DNA of 64,000 nucleotides. It comes from Octopus sinensis. Lineage: Eukaryota. Location: the NCBI RefSeq assembly GCF_006345805.1, contig NC_043012.1:15810001-15874000 (forward strand), given 5' to 3'. Shown one piece after another: positions 49,303-63,159 of this stretch (the first letter of the stretch is position 1; each line of letters opens with the position of its first letter). Below the pieces are notes generated by a model. It saw only the letters and a list, made by a program, of their open reading frames with translations, was not told the DNA's origin and did not search any database. The position numbers and the translations under genes are program-made.

Positions 49303-50318
49303 ATATATATTCAACAATTGAGGCAAAATTAATTAATCATTAATCAATTTCACAAGTGTCAGTATGCAAAGGGACCATTCAAGGCGAATTCAAATTATTA
49401 CATTATATAAAAGGGGGAGAACAGAGATTCTTCGCTTGCTTATTTGAATTGTTGGCACTGTTAGTTGGAAGCAGATTTCGAAAGGGTATGTTCTTATTTT
49501 CAGTGTTTCCAAATCCAAACCAAGGAATTTCTGAGCCGATGATAGAAATGTTGTTTTTTGACTAATCTTGAAACGTACGTTCTCGAATAACCTTAGCATT
49601 TGATTTTTCGATGTCCTACCCCCAAACTTTTGTGAGTTGAATAAGCAAACACTATATATGAGAGAGATTTTCTTTAAGTATTAGAAATAGCTTTAAAAAA
49701 GTTTTTTAGCTGCTATTTCTAATGAGTTCAGTATGCGGCAAAGTAATTTATTTTACTAAGCCCTTTATATAATGTAATAATTTGAATTCGCTTTGAATGG
49801 TCCCTTTGCATACTGAACACTTGGTGAAATTGATTAATGATTAATTAATTTTGCCCTCAATTGTTGAAATTTAATTAATCTCCCTCTGATTAATGCTTCG
49901 GATTTTACCGAAATAAGCATAGTGTTTGATGATTTTAACCCACGCTGGTGGAAAGGGGAGAACAGAGTTCTTCGCTTGCTTATTTGAATTTGTTGGCACT
50001 GTTAGTTGGAAGCAGATCTTCGAAAGGGTATTGTTCTTATTTTCAGTGTTTCCAAATCCAAACCAAGGAATTTCTGAGCGATGATAGAAATGTTGGTTTT
50101 GACTAATCTTGAAACGTACGTTCTCGAATAACCTTAGCATTTGATTTTTCGATGTCCTTACCCCCAAACTTTTGTGAGTTGAATTAAGCAAACACTATAT
50201 TGAGAGAGATTTTCTTAAGTATTAGAAATAGCTTTAAAAAAGTTTTTTAGCTGCTATTTCTAATGAGTTCAGTATGCGGCAAAGTAATTTATTTTACTAA
50301 GCCCTTTTATTAATATAT

Positions 50319-50354
<36 letters not shown>

Positions 50355-50469
50355 GTACATGTATCAAATGGACCCTAAATAAGGCGTGTGTAAAATTGAA
50401 TGAAATCGGTTGTGTAGTTCTCGAGTTTTAGGGATTCACACAGACAGGCAGACACATATTCTCATCTTC

Positions 50470-50480
<11 letters not shown>
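48350..50480 (-). mobile_element. 5' portion of an autonomous Helitron (terminal region, UTR, RepHel N-terminus)
   Basis: Helitron-type 5' region at about 50350-50480 (tgtctgcctgtctgtgtg...caaccgattt). ORF start MPPKKRR at 49096. CRFCRTLKFSNETNGICCSGGQVRLP, FLNNIRQ*NFAFQM, QVYPLIGSLLP..PQFLQIYF. Confidence 0.88.
49310..50308. mobile_element. (TA)n-embedded element, copy 1 (architecture T' C T S C)
   Basis: About 100-bp inverted arms at 49310-49405 and about 49765-49868. The core of about 360 bp is repeated. Homologous to 56144-57538. Confidence 0.88.
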
Positions 50481-50505
<25 letters not shown>

Positions 50506-51489
50506 CACATATATGTATATATACATATATATATACACATATACATACACACACACACACACACGCATATATATATATACATATATATATAATATATATG
50601 TACACGCGTGCGCACACATGTATACACACCCACATATACAACATGCATATGTTGTTATGGACTTACCCCATCTTTCAACCTCCCTTGTATGCCACTGTTA
50701 TAGTAATTTCCCTTCATTCTCACAAAACCCAATGTATTTATCAAGTAACATGAGGAAACATTTCATCACAACTCGAAAAAAAATATGATAAAGCTTTTAC
50801 TCTTGAGAGGTTAAACTTTTCTTTCTTACTTCAATAAATTTGTTCCACTGTTTGCACACTTTGTATTATTGTTTACCATTGCAGAGTATCACTAGTGTTC
50901 TCGGATTTTACAATTTCCCTAACAAACACGTGAATTCATAGTAATTGCTTTTCGTCTCACCTTGTCATTCACACATGACGCTATCTATTGCTTTGGTCTG
51001 TGTTGTGAGCTAACGGGTGGAAAGCAATACCATTTTAATTTCATTTACATCTCTCTTCTCTCACACAACTCCTTTAACATATAACGGCAATTCCGTTATC
51101 TTAAGAAGGTCTTTCTTTATATAACATATGGCTTCCTTCTCCTAGTAGAAAAAAATAATTAATCTTTCAATACCGGTTTTCATCGCCTATGCTCTTCTCC
51201 ATGTTGCCGCCAGCTTCTTTTGTTCCTTGCTAACACACAAAAGCCTGGAATCCTTATACTGTCTGGAAATAATTTTGATTTACGGTTCCTTTCGCTCGGT
51301 TGTGTTCTACTATGTTTAATCATAGACATATTCATTTTACCATTTATGCAATACAGTGTATTACTCAAATTTGGAATTCTTGGATCAGAAAATGACTAAA
51401 AAGACAGATTTGGTTATCTAGCTGCCGATATTGAAAACTTATTCTTCGTCTACATATAAAGACCTTGTTCAGATATTCCTCAAATCAAC

Positions 51490-51589
<100 letters not shown>

Positions 51590-52446
51590 GGATTCAAGGG
51601 AATCGCGTATTCAGATGGTAAAGCAACAAGGTCATTGATAGCGCTATCGTGTTCAAACAATATTTAAGGACAAATACGTACTTACTAAGGTATATATATA
51701 TATGTATATATATATATATAATATGGTTTGACTACAAACCGTGCAACATTCTTCCCTGTGCCTTTGAAATATTATGTCCCTGCCGTAAGGCTTTACTTCC
51801 ACACACGCCAGCTTAATTTAATTCGTCCTTAGTCGAAAGACAGCTGTTGTTATGTCCTGTTATTTGCACTTGCATTTGTGTAACATTTCTCCGTTTTTTT
51901 TTCCGTCTTTATATATATGTATGAATGTACGTACGTACGTACGTATGTATGTACGTTTGTATGTATGCATGCATGTATGTATATAAACAATCTAATACAC
52001 CTGCTTGTTGTTCACGCAACTATTTGTTTTTCTGTAAAGGACTTATTCTTTGTAACCCTAGTTGTAAGAATAAATGAGTGAAAAAGTATTTTTCCCTCAT
52101 TCTTATTCATTTGTTATTTTTATTTATCTATTTATTTACTTGTTTATTTGCTTATTTCATTTGTTCATTTTGATTACGTATATATACATATGATTGTAAT
52201 CAATTAATAAACAGATATAACTGAATGTCTACAGGCTGATATCGATTGATTATCCTCTCCATTTTCTTATTTGCCTTATAAATTCTGGGTAAATTTCTGT
52301 TTTACCTTCACTCATACCTAGTATTCAATTGCGATACTACCCTGCGATAGTAAGAACTTGGATATAAATACGCAGGTATACATCCAGTAGTATGCTGGAT
52401 ATTCACTATCCCTTAGATGGTTGCTTAACCTCTAACTCATACAGAC

Positions 52447-52477
<31 letters not shown>

Positions 52478-52559
52478 TTTGTAAAATTTGATTTAGGATT
52501 TCTAATTGAATTTTCCACTGTAAGTTAGGAATAATATCCCTCAATAATATTATATATAG

Positions 52560-52624
<65 letters not shown>

Positions 52625-52659
52625 TGTGTCTGTGTCTATGTATCTATACATCTATGTGT

Positions 52660-52866
52660 GTGTGTGTATCTGTGTTCATGTTTGCGCCCCTACCACGTCT
52701 TGGCAACCGGTGTTGGTGTATGTACGTCTCCGCAAAAGACCGATAGAGTAAGTACTAGGCTTAAATAAAATAATTTCTGGGGTCGATTTGTTCAAATAAA
52801 ACCCTTCAAGGCCATGCTCCAGCATGGCTGCAGTCAAATGACTGAAAGAAATAAAGGATAAAAGAT
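52660..52866 (+). mobile_element. SINE family A 3' half
   Basis: ttggcaaccggtgttggtg...ggggtcgatttgttc...gctccagcatggctgcagtcaaatgactgaaag. Confidence 0.85.
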
Positions 52867-53536
52867 TAGTATATGTGTCTTTTTAGACACCTTTCCTTGT
52901 CCCAAAACTAATGACAGATTTTTCTAAAGTCAATTGATACTGTTTCTTATGATATATTCATATTATTTCTCAGTTAAACATTTCATCTCTCTTCTTTTAC
53001 TTTTTATCTCTTGTATGCTTGCTGCACTCCGGTAGCTACGGTACGAATATTTGGAAGGAGTGAAATACAAGCATTCAAAATTATAACTCACTAACATCAC
53101 CTGTAAATGACTCCTTAGAAATTTGATGCATAATAGATCTATTGAATTTGAATTCCAAATTATTAATGAGACTATTAATTATGGATGCATGTTCACAAAG
53201 GGGATAAATTAATGCTTTTAAAACCAGATTCTGCCTTTAAATCCATTTTCACTAAAGGGGTCTTGTTCTGCCTAAAATTCACTTCTGTCTCTACGTAATC
53301 TTACGTATCTTGTTTGTTCTATATCTTCTCATCCTGGCCTCAATAAAATACGAGCTACCGATATGTTAGAGTGCTTCATTAAAGTACGCTGCTTGTTGGT
53401 GGTTAAACTACGCCCTTTTATATTCTGTATTCGAAGTGTCACTTCGGACTCGGCACTCTGACGTCAATAAATGTACTAAGATGAACTTCTTCTCCTTCTT
53501 CTTCTTCTTCTTCTTCTTCTTCTTCTTCTTCTTCTT

Positions 53537-53566
<30 letters not shown>

Positions 53567-53568
<2 letters not shown>

Positions 53569-53820
53569 CCCTGATTTCTTTGGCAATATTCAGGAGTTCT
53601 TCTGATTATTTGTCGTTCTTGGCAATCATCCACATAGAGTAGATGATTAATCTTCTGGTCAAAAGATCTAATACCCTCACTTAGCATTATTCAGTTGTGT
53701 GGATAATGAGAACAGAGCGAGGCAGAATAGTAATGGAGATAATGAGTCGCCTTGAAAGATACCACAGGCGATATTGATGCCTGGTGAGGTGGTATATCCT
53801 TATGTATGATTTGAAATGAG
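53567..53820 (-). mobile_element. R4/Dong-like RT fragment between (ATT)n and (TTC)n tracts
   Basis: Reverse strand reads GINIACGIFQGDSLSPLLFCLAL...KINHLLYVDD..KNDK*SEELLNIAKEI. Confidence 0.88.
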
Positions 53821-53846
53821 GGGGGGGTGTCAGCACGAATTCATGA

Positions 53847-53902
<56 letters not shown>

Positions 53903-53910
53903 CATTATTA

Positions 53911-53959
<49 letters not shown>

Positions 53960-54542
53960 TATCATCATCATCATTATTATTGCTTTTGTTGGTGTTGTCA
54001 TCGACGTTGTTGTTTTGATAGTTGCCGTTGTTTTGAGAAGAACAGACGAGTTTTAAACATAGCTTCGTTGAAACTGCAGATTATTTTGATTCTACTTCAT
54101 GAAAGACTTTTTGTATTTTTATTCCGCTTTGAACTATTGAATGTCTCCCTCGTTTACCTTCGGGTAAACAAGGTCGAACGTTCTTAAATTCTTTTCTTTT
54201 TAATTTTATAAACTTTCGTTTAGTTGTTTATAAGTTCGGTTTTGCTTTGAGTGCTCACTGCAAATGTCAAACTTTTTGTAAAGAAATTATCGAAAATTGT
54301 GCTGATAAAAACGCAGACGCCAAAGGAAAAGGACAAACCGAAGAAAGTTCTAATTATTGGACAATGACACATAGTTTACTTTAAATAAATATGAATTCTT
54401 GTAAACACACTGAGCAATTTTCCCAAGCGTAGGTGATAACAAAATTAGCTGCGTCTATGCCTCGAAGCGAAAAGAATTTTGAACATGGAAGAGCTATTAA
54501 AAACACAAAGGATGTGGAAAAGATATGTGATGGAGAGTTCTG

Positions 54543-54959
54543 GGATCTTTTCGGTTTGAACGGCAGTTTTTTCTAGCGGTGTCATATGAAATTGTCACCC
54601 ATAAATTATGACCCTAGTATCGATCTATTGCATTTCAATCTGTTTTAGGGTTAGAGTTAGGGGTGGGGGAAGGGTATCTTTTTTTCTTCAGAAATGCAAA
54701 TAAACCCAATCTGTTTCTTAAACGAGGGACATATTCATACGGCACAGAATGTTTTCACCTCAATAGACGTCATTGATTGGTTGAAATTGCAGAAATTGAA
54801 GAAAAACAACAACAAATATCTTACAAACTATAAAATTTTCTCAATAAAGCCAAGAGAAAAAGATGTTTTATAAACACATTCTACCAGTATACGAAGTTTA
54901 AAAGTGTTTAGTTACGTGGAAATTATTTTTAAAAACTGCCGTCCAAACCGAAAAGATCC
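54543..54959. mobile_element. Second GGATC MITE with 8-bp TSD
   Basis: TSD gagttctg at 54535-54542 and 54960-54967. Colinear with 43448-43887 but with a shorter TTAGGG tract. Confidence 0.95.
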
Positions 54960-55039
54960 GAGTTCTGTGTCCCTGCCCGCCTATTTTTTCGGGTAAACAG
55001 CCAAAAAGAGTAACACGTCTGCTACTCGTAACGCAAAGA

Positions 55040-55132
55040 GCCAGACGTCGCATCATCTTCAAGATTCGCCCTACCTCTCCTAAATTCAGCTGCCCACTTT
55101 TGCACTGTTGATAAAGCTGGAGTGTCATCCCC
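55040..55132 (-). mobile_element. Mariner HTH fragment
   Basis: GDDTPALSTVQKWAAEFRRGRANLEDDATSG. Confidence 0.8.
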
Positions 55133-55602
55133 TTATGAAACAAGCGTGTAAGCCCGACTGTCAGGTGGGGTTGGAGTTCATATCGCGGTCGATTTCGAAT
55201 TTTGATGCAAAGCATTTCGTTTTAATTCTCATCTGTAGCTCTTACCGCGCCGAGAGTTAAACTCAACTCAGCTTATAAGAAAACCGTTGAACTCATGCGC
55301 TGATTAAAAAAAACCGGTTGAAGTAAAAACTAAAAATAATATGGGTGGTTTATTAGCAATTAAACAACATAAAGGGAAATTTATAGACATCACAAGAGTG
55401 ACACAGGGTAATAAGTAGTACCAGCGTTGCTAGAAAAAAGAGTCAAACGATTCTATAGCCCAAAATACTCTATCATTTCCGCTAGGGAAATTATCTCCCT
55501 TGTCAGACATTAAGGTAGTGCATTTGTAACTATTGAGACGTCTTGACTCTTATTTCTAGCAATGCTGGTACTCTGTCACATTAGTGACGTCTGATATATT
55601 TC

Positions 55603-56002
55603 TCTTTTCTCTTTTACTTGTTTCAGTCATTTGACAGCGGCCATGCTGGAGCACCGCCTTTAGTCGATCAAATCGACCCCGGGACTTATTCTTTGTAAGC
55701 CCAGTACTTATTCTATCGGTGTCTTTTGCCGAACCGCTAAGTGACGGGGACGTAAACACACCAGCATCGGTTGTCAAGCAATGCTAGGGGGACAAACACA
55801 GGCACACAAACACACACACACACACACATATATATATGTACATATATACGACAGGCTTCTTTCAGTTTCCGTCTACCAAATCCACTCACAAGGCATTGGT
55901 TGGCCCGGGGTTATAGCAGAAGACACTTGCCCACGCAGTGGGACTGAACCCGCAACCATGTGGTTGGTTAGCAAGCTACTTACCACACAGCCACTCCTGC
56001 GC
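55603..56002 (-). mobile_element. SINE family A, full length
   Basis: Reverse complement matches the other family A copies. Confidence 0.94.
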
Positions 56003-56026
56003 TATATATATATTATATATATATTA

Positions 56027-56119
<93 letters not shown>

Positions 56120-56143
56120 GATATATATATATATATATTATAT

Positions 56144-57534
56144 AAAAGGGCTTAGTAAAATAAATTACTTTGCCGCATACTGAACTCATTAGAATAGCAG
56201 CCAAAAAAAACTTTTCTAAAACTATTTCTAATACTTAAAGAAAACCTCTCTCATATAGTGTTTGCTCAATTCAACTCACGAAAGTATGGGGGTAGAGACA
56301 TTAAAAAATCAAATGCAAAGGTTATTTGAGAACGTACGTTTCAAGATTAGTCAAACTCGACATTTCTATCATCAGCTCAGAACTCCCTGGTTTGGATTTG
56401 AAAACACTGAAAGTGGGAGCATACCCTTTCGGCTTCTTCTCGCTTCTGAAGATCTGCTCGACACTAACAGTGCCAACAAACTCAAAAATGCAAGCGAAGA
56501 ATTTCTGATCTCCCCTTTCCCCAGCGTGGGTTAAAAGCAGCAAACACACTATGCTTTTTTCGGTAAAATCCGAGGCATTATATAGAGAGAGATGAATTAT
56601 AATTTCAACAATTTAGGGTAAAATTAATTAATTAATCAATTTCACCAAGTATTCAGTATGCAAAGGGACCATTTAAGGCGAATTCAAATTATTACATTAT
56701 ATAAAAGGGCTTAGTAAAATAAATTACTTTGCCGCATACTGAACTCATTAGAAATAGCAGCCAAAAAAAACTTTTCTAAAACTATTTCTAATACTTAAAG
56801 AAAACCTCTCTCATATAGTGTTGTTTGCTCAATTCAACTCACGAAAGTATGGGGGTAGAGACATTAAAAAATCAAATGCAAAGGTTATTTGAGAACGTAC
56901 GTTTCAAGATTAGTCAAACTCGACATTTCTATCATCAGCTCAGAACTCCCTGGTTTGGATTTGAAAACACTGAAAGTGGGAGCATACCCTTTCGGCTTCT
57001 TCTCGCTTCTGAAGATCTGCTCGACACTAACAGTGCCAACAAACTCAAAAATGCAAGCTGGTGGAAAGGGGAGAGCAGAAATTCTTCGCTTGCATTTTTG
57101 AGTTTGTTGGCACTGTTAGTGTCGAGCAGATCTTCAGAAGCGAGAAGAAGCCGAAAGGGTATGCCCACTTTCAGTGTTTTCAAATCCAAACCAGGGAGTT
57201 CTGAGCTGATGATAGAAATGTCGAGTTTGACTAATCTTGAAACGTACGTTCTCAAATAACCTTTGCATTTGATTTTTTAATGTCTCTACCCCCATACTTT
57301 CGTGAGTTGAATTGAGCAAACACTATATGAGAGAGGTTTTCTTTAAGTATTAGAAATAGTTTTAGAAAAGTTTTTTTTGGCTGCTATTTCTAATGAGTTC
57401 GTATGCGGCAAAGTAATTTATTTTACTAAGCCCTTTTATATAATGTAATAATTTGAATTCGCCTTAAATGGTCCCTTTGCATACTGAATACTTGGTGAAA
57501 TTGATTAATTAATTAATTTTACCCTCAATTGTTG

Positions 57535-57538
<4 letters not shown>
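56144..57538. mobile_element. (TA)n-embedded element, copy 2, containing a palindrome with arms of about 455 bp
   Basis: Direct repeat period 559 (56144 and 56703). Inverted arms 56602-57058 / 57088-57538 with a 29-nt spacer. The ORF track shows the same peptide three times on both strands. Confidence 0.92.
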
Positions 57539-57578
<40 letters not shown>

Positions 57579-57593
57579 ATATATATATATATA

Positions 57594-57721
57594 TATCAAA
57601 TTAGAGACAAAACCACTATTATGGTTATTCATATGTTAATTTTGATTTATATAAATTATTTTATGTATTGATTAAGCCTTTCTTTGTTTTGCATAATAGT
57701 GGTTTTGTCTCTAATTTGATA
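57594..57721. mobile_element. 128-bp TA-flanked MITE-like hairpin, 30-bp perfect arms
   Basis: tatcaaattagagacaaaaccactattatg / cataatagtggttttgtctctaatttgata. Confidence 0.85.
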
Positions 57722-58204
57722 TAATATAATATTTTACTATAAAATTGGATTCAATCTTAAATCTGATTTTTCCTTGTAAATTTGGATTTATTCACTAATA
57801 TTTATTATATATATATATATATATTAATAATATATAATATAATATATATATATATAAACACAATATAAATGCACGCATATATTTATATGCATATGTATAC
57901 ATAACACACATACACACACAAACCACAAATATATATGTGTGTCTTGTGTGTGCAGAACGCTGGAGCCAAATCTGCGCGCGTTTTTTCCAGGTTCTCTTAA
58001 TTTTTAAATCTCCTTCTCTTCCTTCTCGTTCCCGTAACTCTTTTATTTTCTTCTAATATTTGACGGGAGACTATAACCAAAACCATGCAAATTTGACTCT
58101 GTGACTTGTATTCCTTCCTTGGGCGTCAACCTGATAATATTAACTAGGAACTTATTTTACATTTTTGTTTTATTTTCTGTCTTTTGTATTTGATTTTTGC
58201 CCTA

Positions 58205-58309
58205 TGTCTATATGTATATATATATATTTATGTATGTATGCATGTAATCATATATATGTACATATATATGTGTATATGTATATATGTATTATATTATATA
58301 TATATATAT

Positions 58310-58343
<34 letters not shown>

Positions 58344-58897
58344 ATATATATGTTATGTATGGATATATATATATGTATATGTATGGATATATATATATAT
58401 ATATGTATATGTATGGATATATATATATATATGTATATGTATGGATATATATATATTTGTATATGTATGTATATGTGGGATATATATATATATGTATATG
58501 TATGTATATGTATGGATATATATATATGTATATGTATGTATATGTATATATATATATATGTATATGTATGTATACATATGTATATATATATATATGTATA
58601 TGTATATATATATATGCATATATATATATGCATGTATATATATGCGTATATATATATATATATATATACATATGTATACATACATATACATATATATACA
58701 TATACATACATATACATATATATATATATCCATACATATACATACATATACATTTGTATATATATCATAATATACATATATATATATATATATCCATACA
58801 TATACATATATATATATATATCCATACATATACATATATATATATATATATCCATACATATACATATATATATATCCATACATATACATATATATAA
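58205..58897. repeat. Compound TA-rich satellite with internal inverted symmetry
   Basis: Left blocks (tatggatatatatatatgtatatg)n; right blocks are the reverse complement (atccatacatatacatat..)n. Confidence 0.88.
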
Positions 58898-61808
58898 ATC
58901 GAAATTCAAAACACACACAACTCGGAGTCCCAAAATCTGCCGGTATTCCCAACGTGAGAGAACATGTCTACTGAGTGACTGTCCCTTCACTCATCTTCCA
59001 GGGACCCGACGCACAAACAGAAACGGGGCTTCAAGCCAACACACAAACCTGAATAAAAATAAAAATAGAAACACACCATGCTTCAGTAATGCTGGTCCAG
59101 TCTTTTCAGGAAGACACAAAAACAACAACAACAAAAGTGGAAACTACAACCCTATCCAACAGTGCAACCACACCTCCAGCCAAAAACTGCTCCCTAAGCA
59201 GGAAAATTCTTTTTTAGCCATGTTGAACATGGCAAAAGAGATACACAAAAACATTCTAGCCATCACTTAACACCATCCTATGCTATTACCCCAGTGCACC
59301 AATTCCCCACATTGCTGCCACTAACACACACAAAAAATCCAAGCCCCCTGCAACAGTCAAATCCAGCCACTACACTAACCTCCACATTCCTACTCAATGC
59401 ACAAGGTGTCAGCCCTTCCATCAATGCACAAAAATGGAAGGTCCAATTCATTGAAGACTGGGTTGGTAACCATTCACACCACATCCCTTTCTTCATTCTC
59501 ACTGAGACCCACCTTGACAACTCCCACTTGGAAGCCGAAGTGAGAGTGAAGAATTTCACAACCATCCGCGCGGATCGTATCGGCAGGAGGAAGGGTGGAA
59601 CTGCCATTTTCCTGCATGATTCATTTACGGCAGATGGAAATAGTATATTCTCCAACGGCTACTGTGAATCAGTCACCGTGCACAACAAAGCCAATGACCT
59701 GACAGTAATTGGGCTCTATAGGCCGCCCCAAACACCCATACTGTGCTTTAAAGAATGCCTCAACAGCATTAAGTGCTTTATTCAACAGTGCCATTCTAGC
59801 AACATACTAATGATGGGAGACTTCAATCTACCCTGTGTTGACTGGACTACAAACTGTTTGAAACCAAGCACTCCCGCCTCAACCGCTGACAAAGAAGCAG
59901 CAGAGTCACTTTTCGACTTTACGAATGAGTTTTTCTTGTCCCAACTTGTCCTTGCACCAACAAGACATCAGAACATTTTGGACCTAGTGTTTAGTAACCA
60001 CACTAACACTATACATAACGTTACAGTGGAAAAAACCCTTCTTTCAGACCATGACATGGTTCTCTGTAACATGAAATTCCACCAGCCGAAAGCTAATCCT
60101 AGTGACCTTCCTCCAGCCCACCCATTTGACAACATGGATCTCCATAATGCCAACTGGGATGCAATCAGGAACGAGCTATCACATGTTGACTGGTCCTTTA
60201 CACATACACACATCTCCACCAACCATAAAACATCTTGGCAGATCTTTGTAGACACCGTCACAGACATATGTGCAAAACACTCCCCACCAAGACCTGTGAA
60301 CAAAAAGTGCAGAATCCCCCAAAACAGAAAAACCATTATCAGAAAAATAAAAAGAACAAACAAAAAATTAACAAACTAAAGTACTGCCAACAGCAACACA
60401 CACATTCGACGGCTATCGCACTGCTTGAATCTAAAAAATATAACCTCCAACAATGCATGAAGACCCTCATCAATAACCAAAGATCAGCTGAGGAGAAGTG
60501 GGCCATTGAAAAAATCAAACTCAACCCCAAAGTGTTCTTTTCATTTGCGAGGAAACGCAGGGTCACTGTCTCCACTGTAGGCCCTCTAATTGACGAAACT
60601 GGCACTCTCCAAGATAATGCCAAATCCATGGCCGAGATACTGCAGAAACAATACTAAATGGATCAAGTGTTTCCTGACAGACAGATCTCAACATGTTGTA
60701 GTTGAAGGGGTAAAATCAAGCCCAGCCAAAGTCAGTAGTGGTGTTCCGCAAGGCACTGTGCTGGGCCCACTTCTTTTCATCATTTACATTAATGACATTA
60801 ATGACATCATCAAGCACAGCAACATAAAAATCTTTGCAGATGACTCCAAGCTACAGAAGGTCATAAATGAGGCGATGGGCCGGACATGCCTTCAGTCAGA
60901 TCTACTGGCTGTTATCCAATGGGCAGAAAAAAACAATATGCTGCTGAACGAGGATAAATTTGAGCTAATCCACTTTGGAAAAGAGGATGCCCTGAAACTC
61001 CCATACTCCCTTCCTTCAGGTGAAACTCTCGCGGCGTCCAACACATCAGAGACCTGGGAGTAATTGTGGACAACAACATAAGCTGGGCCACTCATATAAA
61101 CACCAAAGTTGACATGGCCCGCAGAATGTGTTCCTGGATTCTCAGAACTTTCCAGTCGAGAGATATCCACACCATTATCCTTCTCTTCTCCACTTTTGCC
61201 CGACCCGACCTTGAATACTGTTGTCCACTGTAGTCTCCCCACACAATACAAGGTATCATAAAAGTTGAAGCACCTCAAAGGGCTATCACAAAAAAGATAG
61301 ATGGCATGACAAGCCTCGACTATTGGGGTCGACTAGAAAAGCTAAAACTCTATTCTCTCCAACGTCGTCGTGAGCGCTACATCATCTGCATGATGTGGAA
61401 AATATTCCATCAGCATTGCCCAAATGATGTTGGCATCACCTTCAAGGTACATCCAAGGCTTGGGCCCCGTGCCATCCGCCCAAAACAAAAATCGCACTCT
61501 CATCTCATAACAACAATACGGCACAATTATTTCACCTCAATTGGCCCCGCTCTCTTTAACATTACACCAAAACACATTAAAACAGAAACTGACCCTATAG
61601 GGTTCAAGAAGTCTTTGGACAGATTCCTTCAAGAAATCCCGGATAAACCCCCTACACCCGGATATGTCTCTGTAAACAATAACTCCCTACTTGAGTGGGC
61701 CATAGTGCCCAAATTCTGACTTGAAAGACTTCACCAGGTGGTGCTATTAAGTTAGACATGGCCTGGGCCAATAATGGCCGAAACCTATCAAAGTATCAAA
61801 GTATCAAA

Positions 61809-61812
<4 letters not shown>
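58898..61812 (+). mobile_element. CR1-like LINE: ORF1 zinc-finger remnant, APE endonuclease, internally deleted RT, intact 3' end
   Basis: ORF1 end [25 protein letters not shown] motifs LTETHL, YRPP, GDFNLP, ILDLVFSN, SDH. RT motifs GVPQGTVLGPLLF, FADD, RDLGV, LEYCCPL. Tail (aagtatca)n at 61785-61812. Confidence 0.93.
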
Positions 61813-61846
<34 letters not shown>

Positions 61847-62092
61847 TTATGCATGCATGTAATCATATATATGTACATATATATGTGTGTATATGTATGC
61901 CCCAGCATGGCCACAGCTCGTGAGCTGAAACTAGATAAAATAAAATAAATATATACTTATATATATATATATGTGTATATATATATGTATATATGTATAT
62001 GCGTATATATATATATACATGTATATATATATATGTAAAGTAAGTATCTGCATATGTGTATATATGTAAATTTAGGTGTATATCTACATCTA

Positions 62093-62178
<86 letters not shown>

Positions 62179-62207
62179 ATGTATGTATATGTATATATGT
62201 ATATATA

Positions 62208-62607
62208 GGCGCAGGAGTGGCTGTGTGACAAGTAGCTTGCTTACCAACCATATGGTTCCGTGTTCAGTCCCACTGCGTGGCATCTGGGGCAAGTGTCTTC
62301 TACTGTAACCTAGGGCCGACCAAAACCTTATGAGTGGATTTGGTAGACGGAAACTCCAAGAAGTCCGTCGTATATAAGTATATATATGTGTGTATGTTTG
62401 TGTGTCTCTGTTTGTACACCTAGCATTACTTGACAACCGATGCAGATATGTTTATGTCCCCGTCCATTAGCGGTTCGGCAAAAGAAACCGATAGAATAAG
62501 TACTGGGTTTATAAAGAATAAGTCCCGGGCTTGATTTGCTCGACTAAAGGCGGTGCTCCAGTATGTCCGCAGTCAAATGACTGAAAAAAAGTAAAAGAGT
62601 AAAGAGA
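62208..62607 (+). mobile_element. SINE family A, full length
   Basis: Head ggcgcaggagtggctgtgtg through tail aaaagagtaaagag. Confidence 0.93.
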
Positions 62608-62647
62608 GATATGTATATGTATGTGTATATAGTTATATTTATATGTA

Positions 62648-62684
<37 letters not shown>

Positions 62685-63159
62685 TTATATGTACATGCGT
62701 ATATTTGTGCTCCTATAACTTTTCTAAAGCTTATCAAATATATAGTCTATCCCACATATGTAACTCTGGATGTTTGTGTGTTTATCTCTCAGGCTCACAA
62801 AATTCAAGCAGAGAACTGTTTGCATACAATTTGAATATAAATAAATATTGTTGCGTTGTTCAACTCCTGCATATTTCACAATGCTACTTTTTACATTGTA
62901 TCGTTATAAGTATGAAAATGAATGCTGCCTATGTCTGATGTTTCATGAATAATTTGACGACAATAATCTTTTGGGGAATCAGGAGTTAGAATGAAATATT
63001 GAGAATCTAGATTTCTAAAAGATGAACGTGGATTCAATGTCCAGTAACCCTCATAAGTGACTCTCCAAATTCTGTGGAAAGAAAGGTATAAGAAAACATA
63101 TTATAATTACTCTTTCAACTGTAACATATGTATTGTTTGCCTGAAGGGAGGTGCTATGA

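Noticed and set aside
42800-50480. One giant Helitron that captured the Tx1 and R4 fragments
   Set aside because: No hairpin-CTAG|T end was found to the left, and both LINEs keep their own 3' ends and tails, which fits independent TPRT insertions.
51178-51200. Second copy of the hammerhead cassette (reverse gaagagcataggc)
   Set aside because: Only a 13-nt match and stem II and GAAAC are broken; could be chance.
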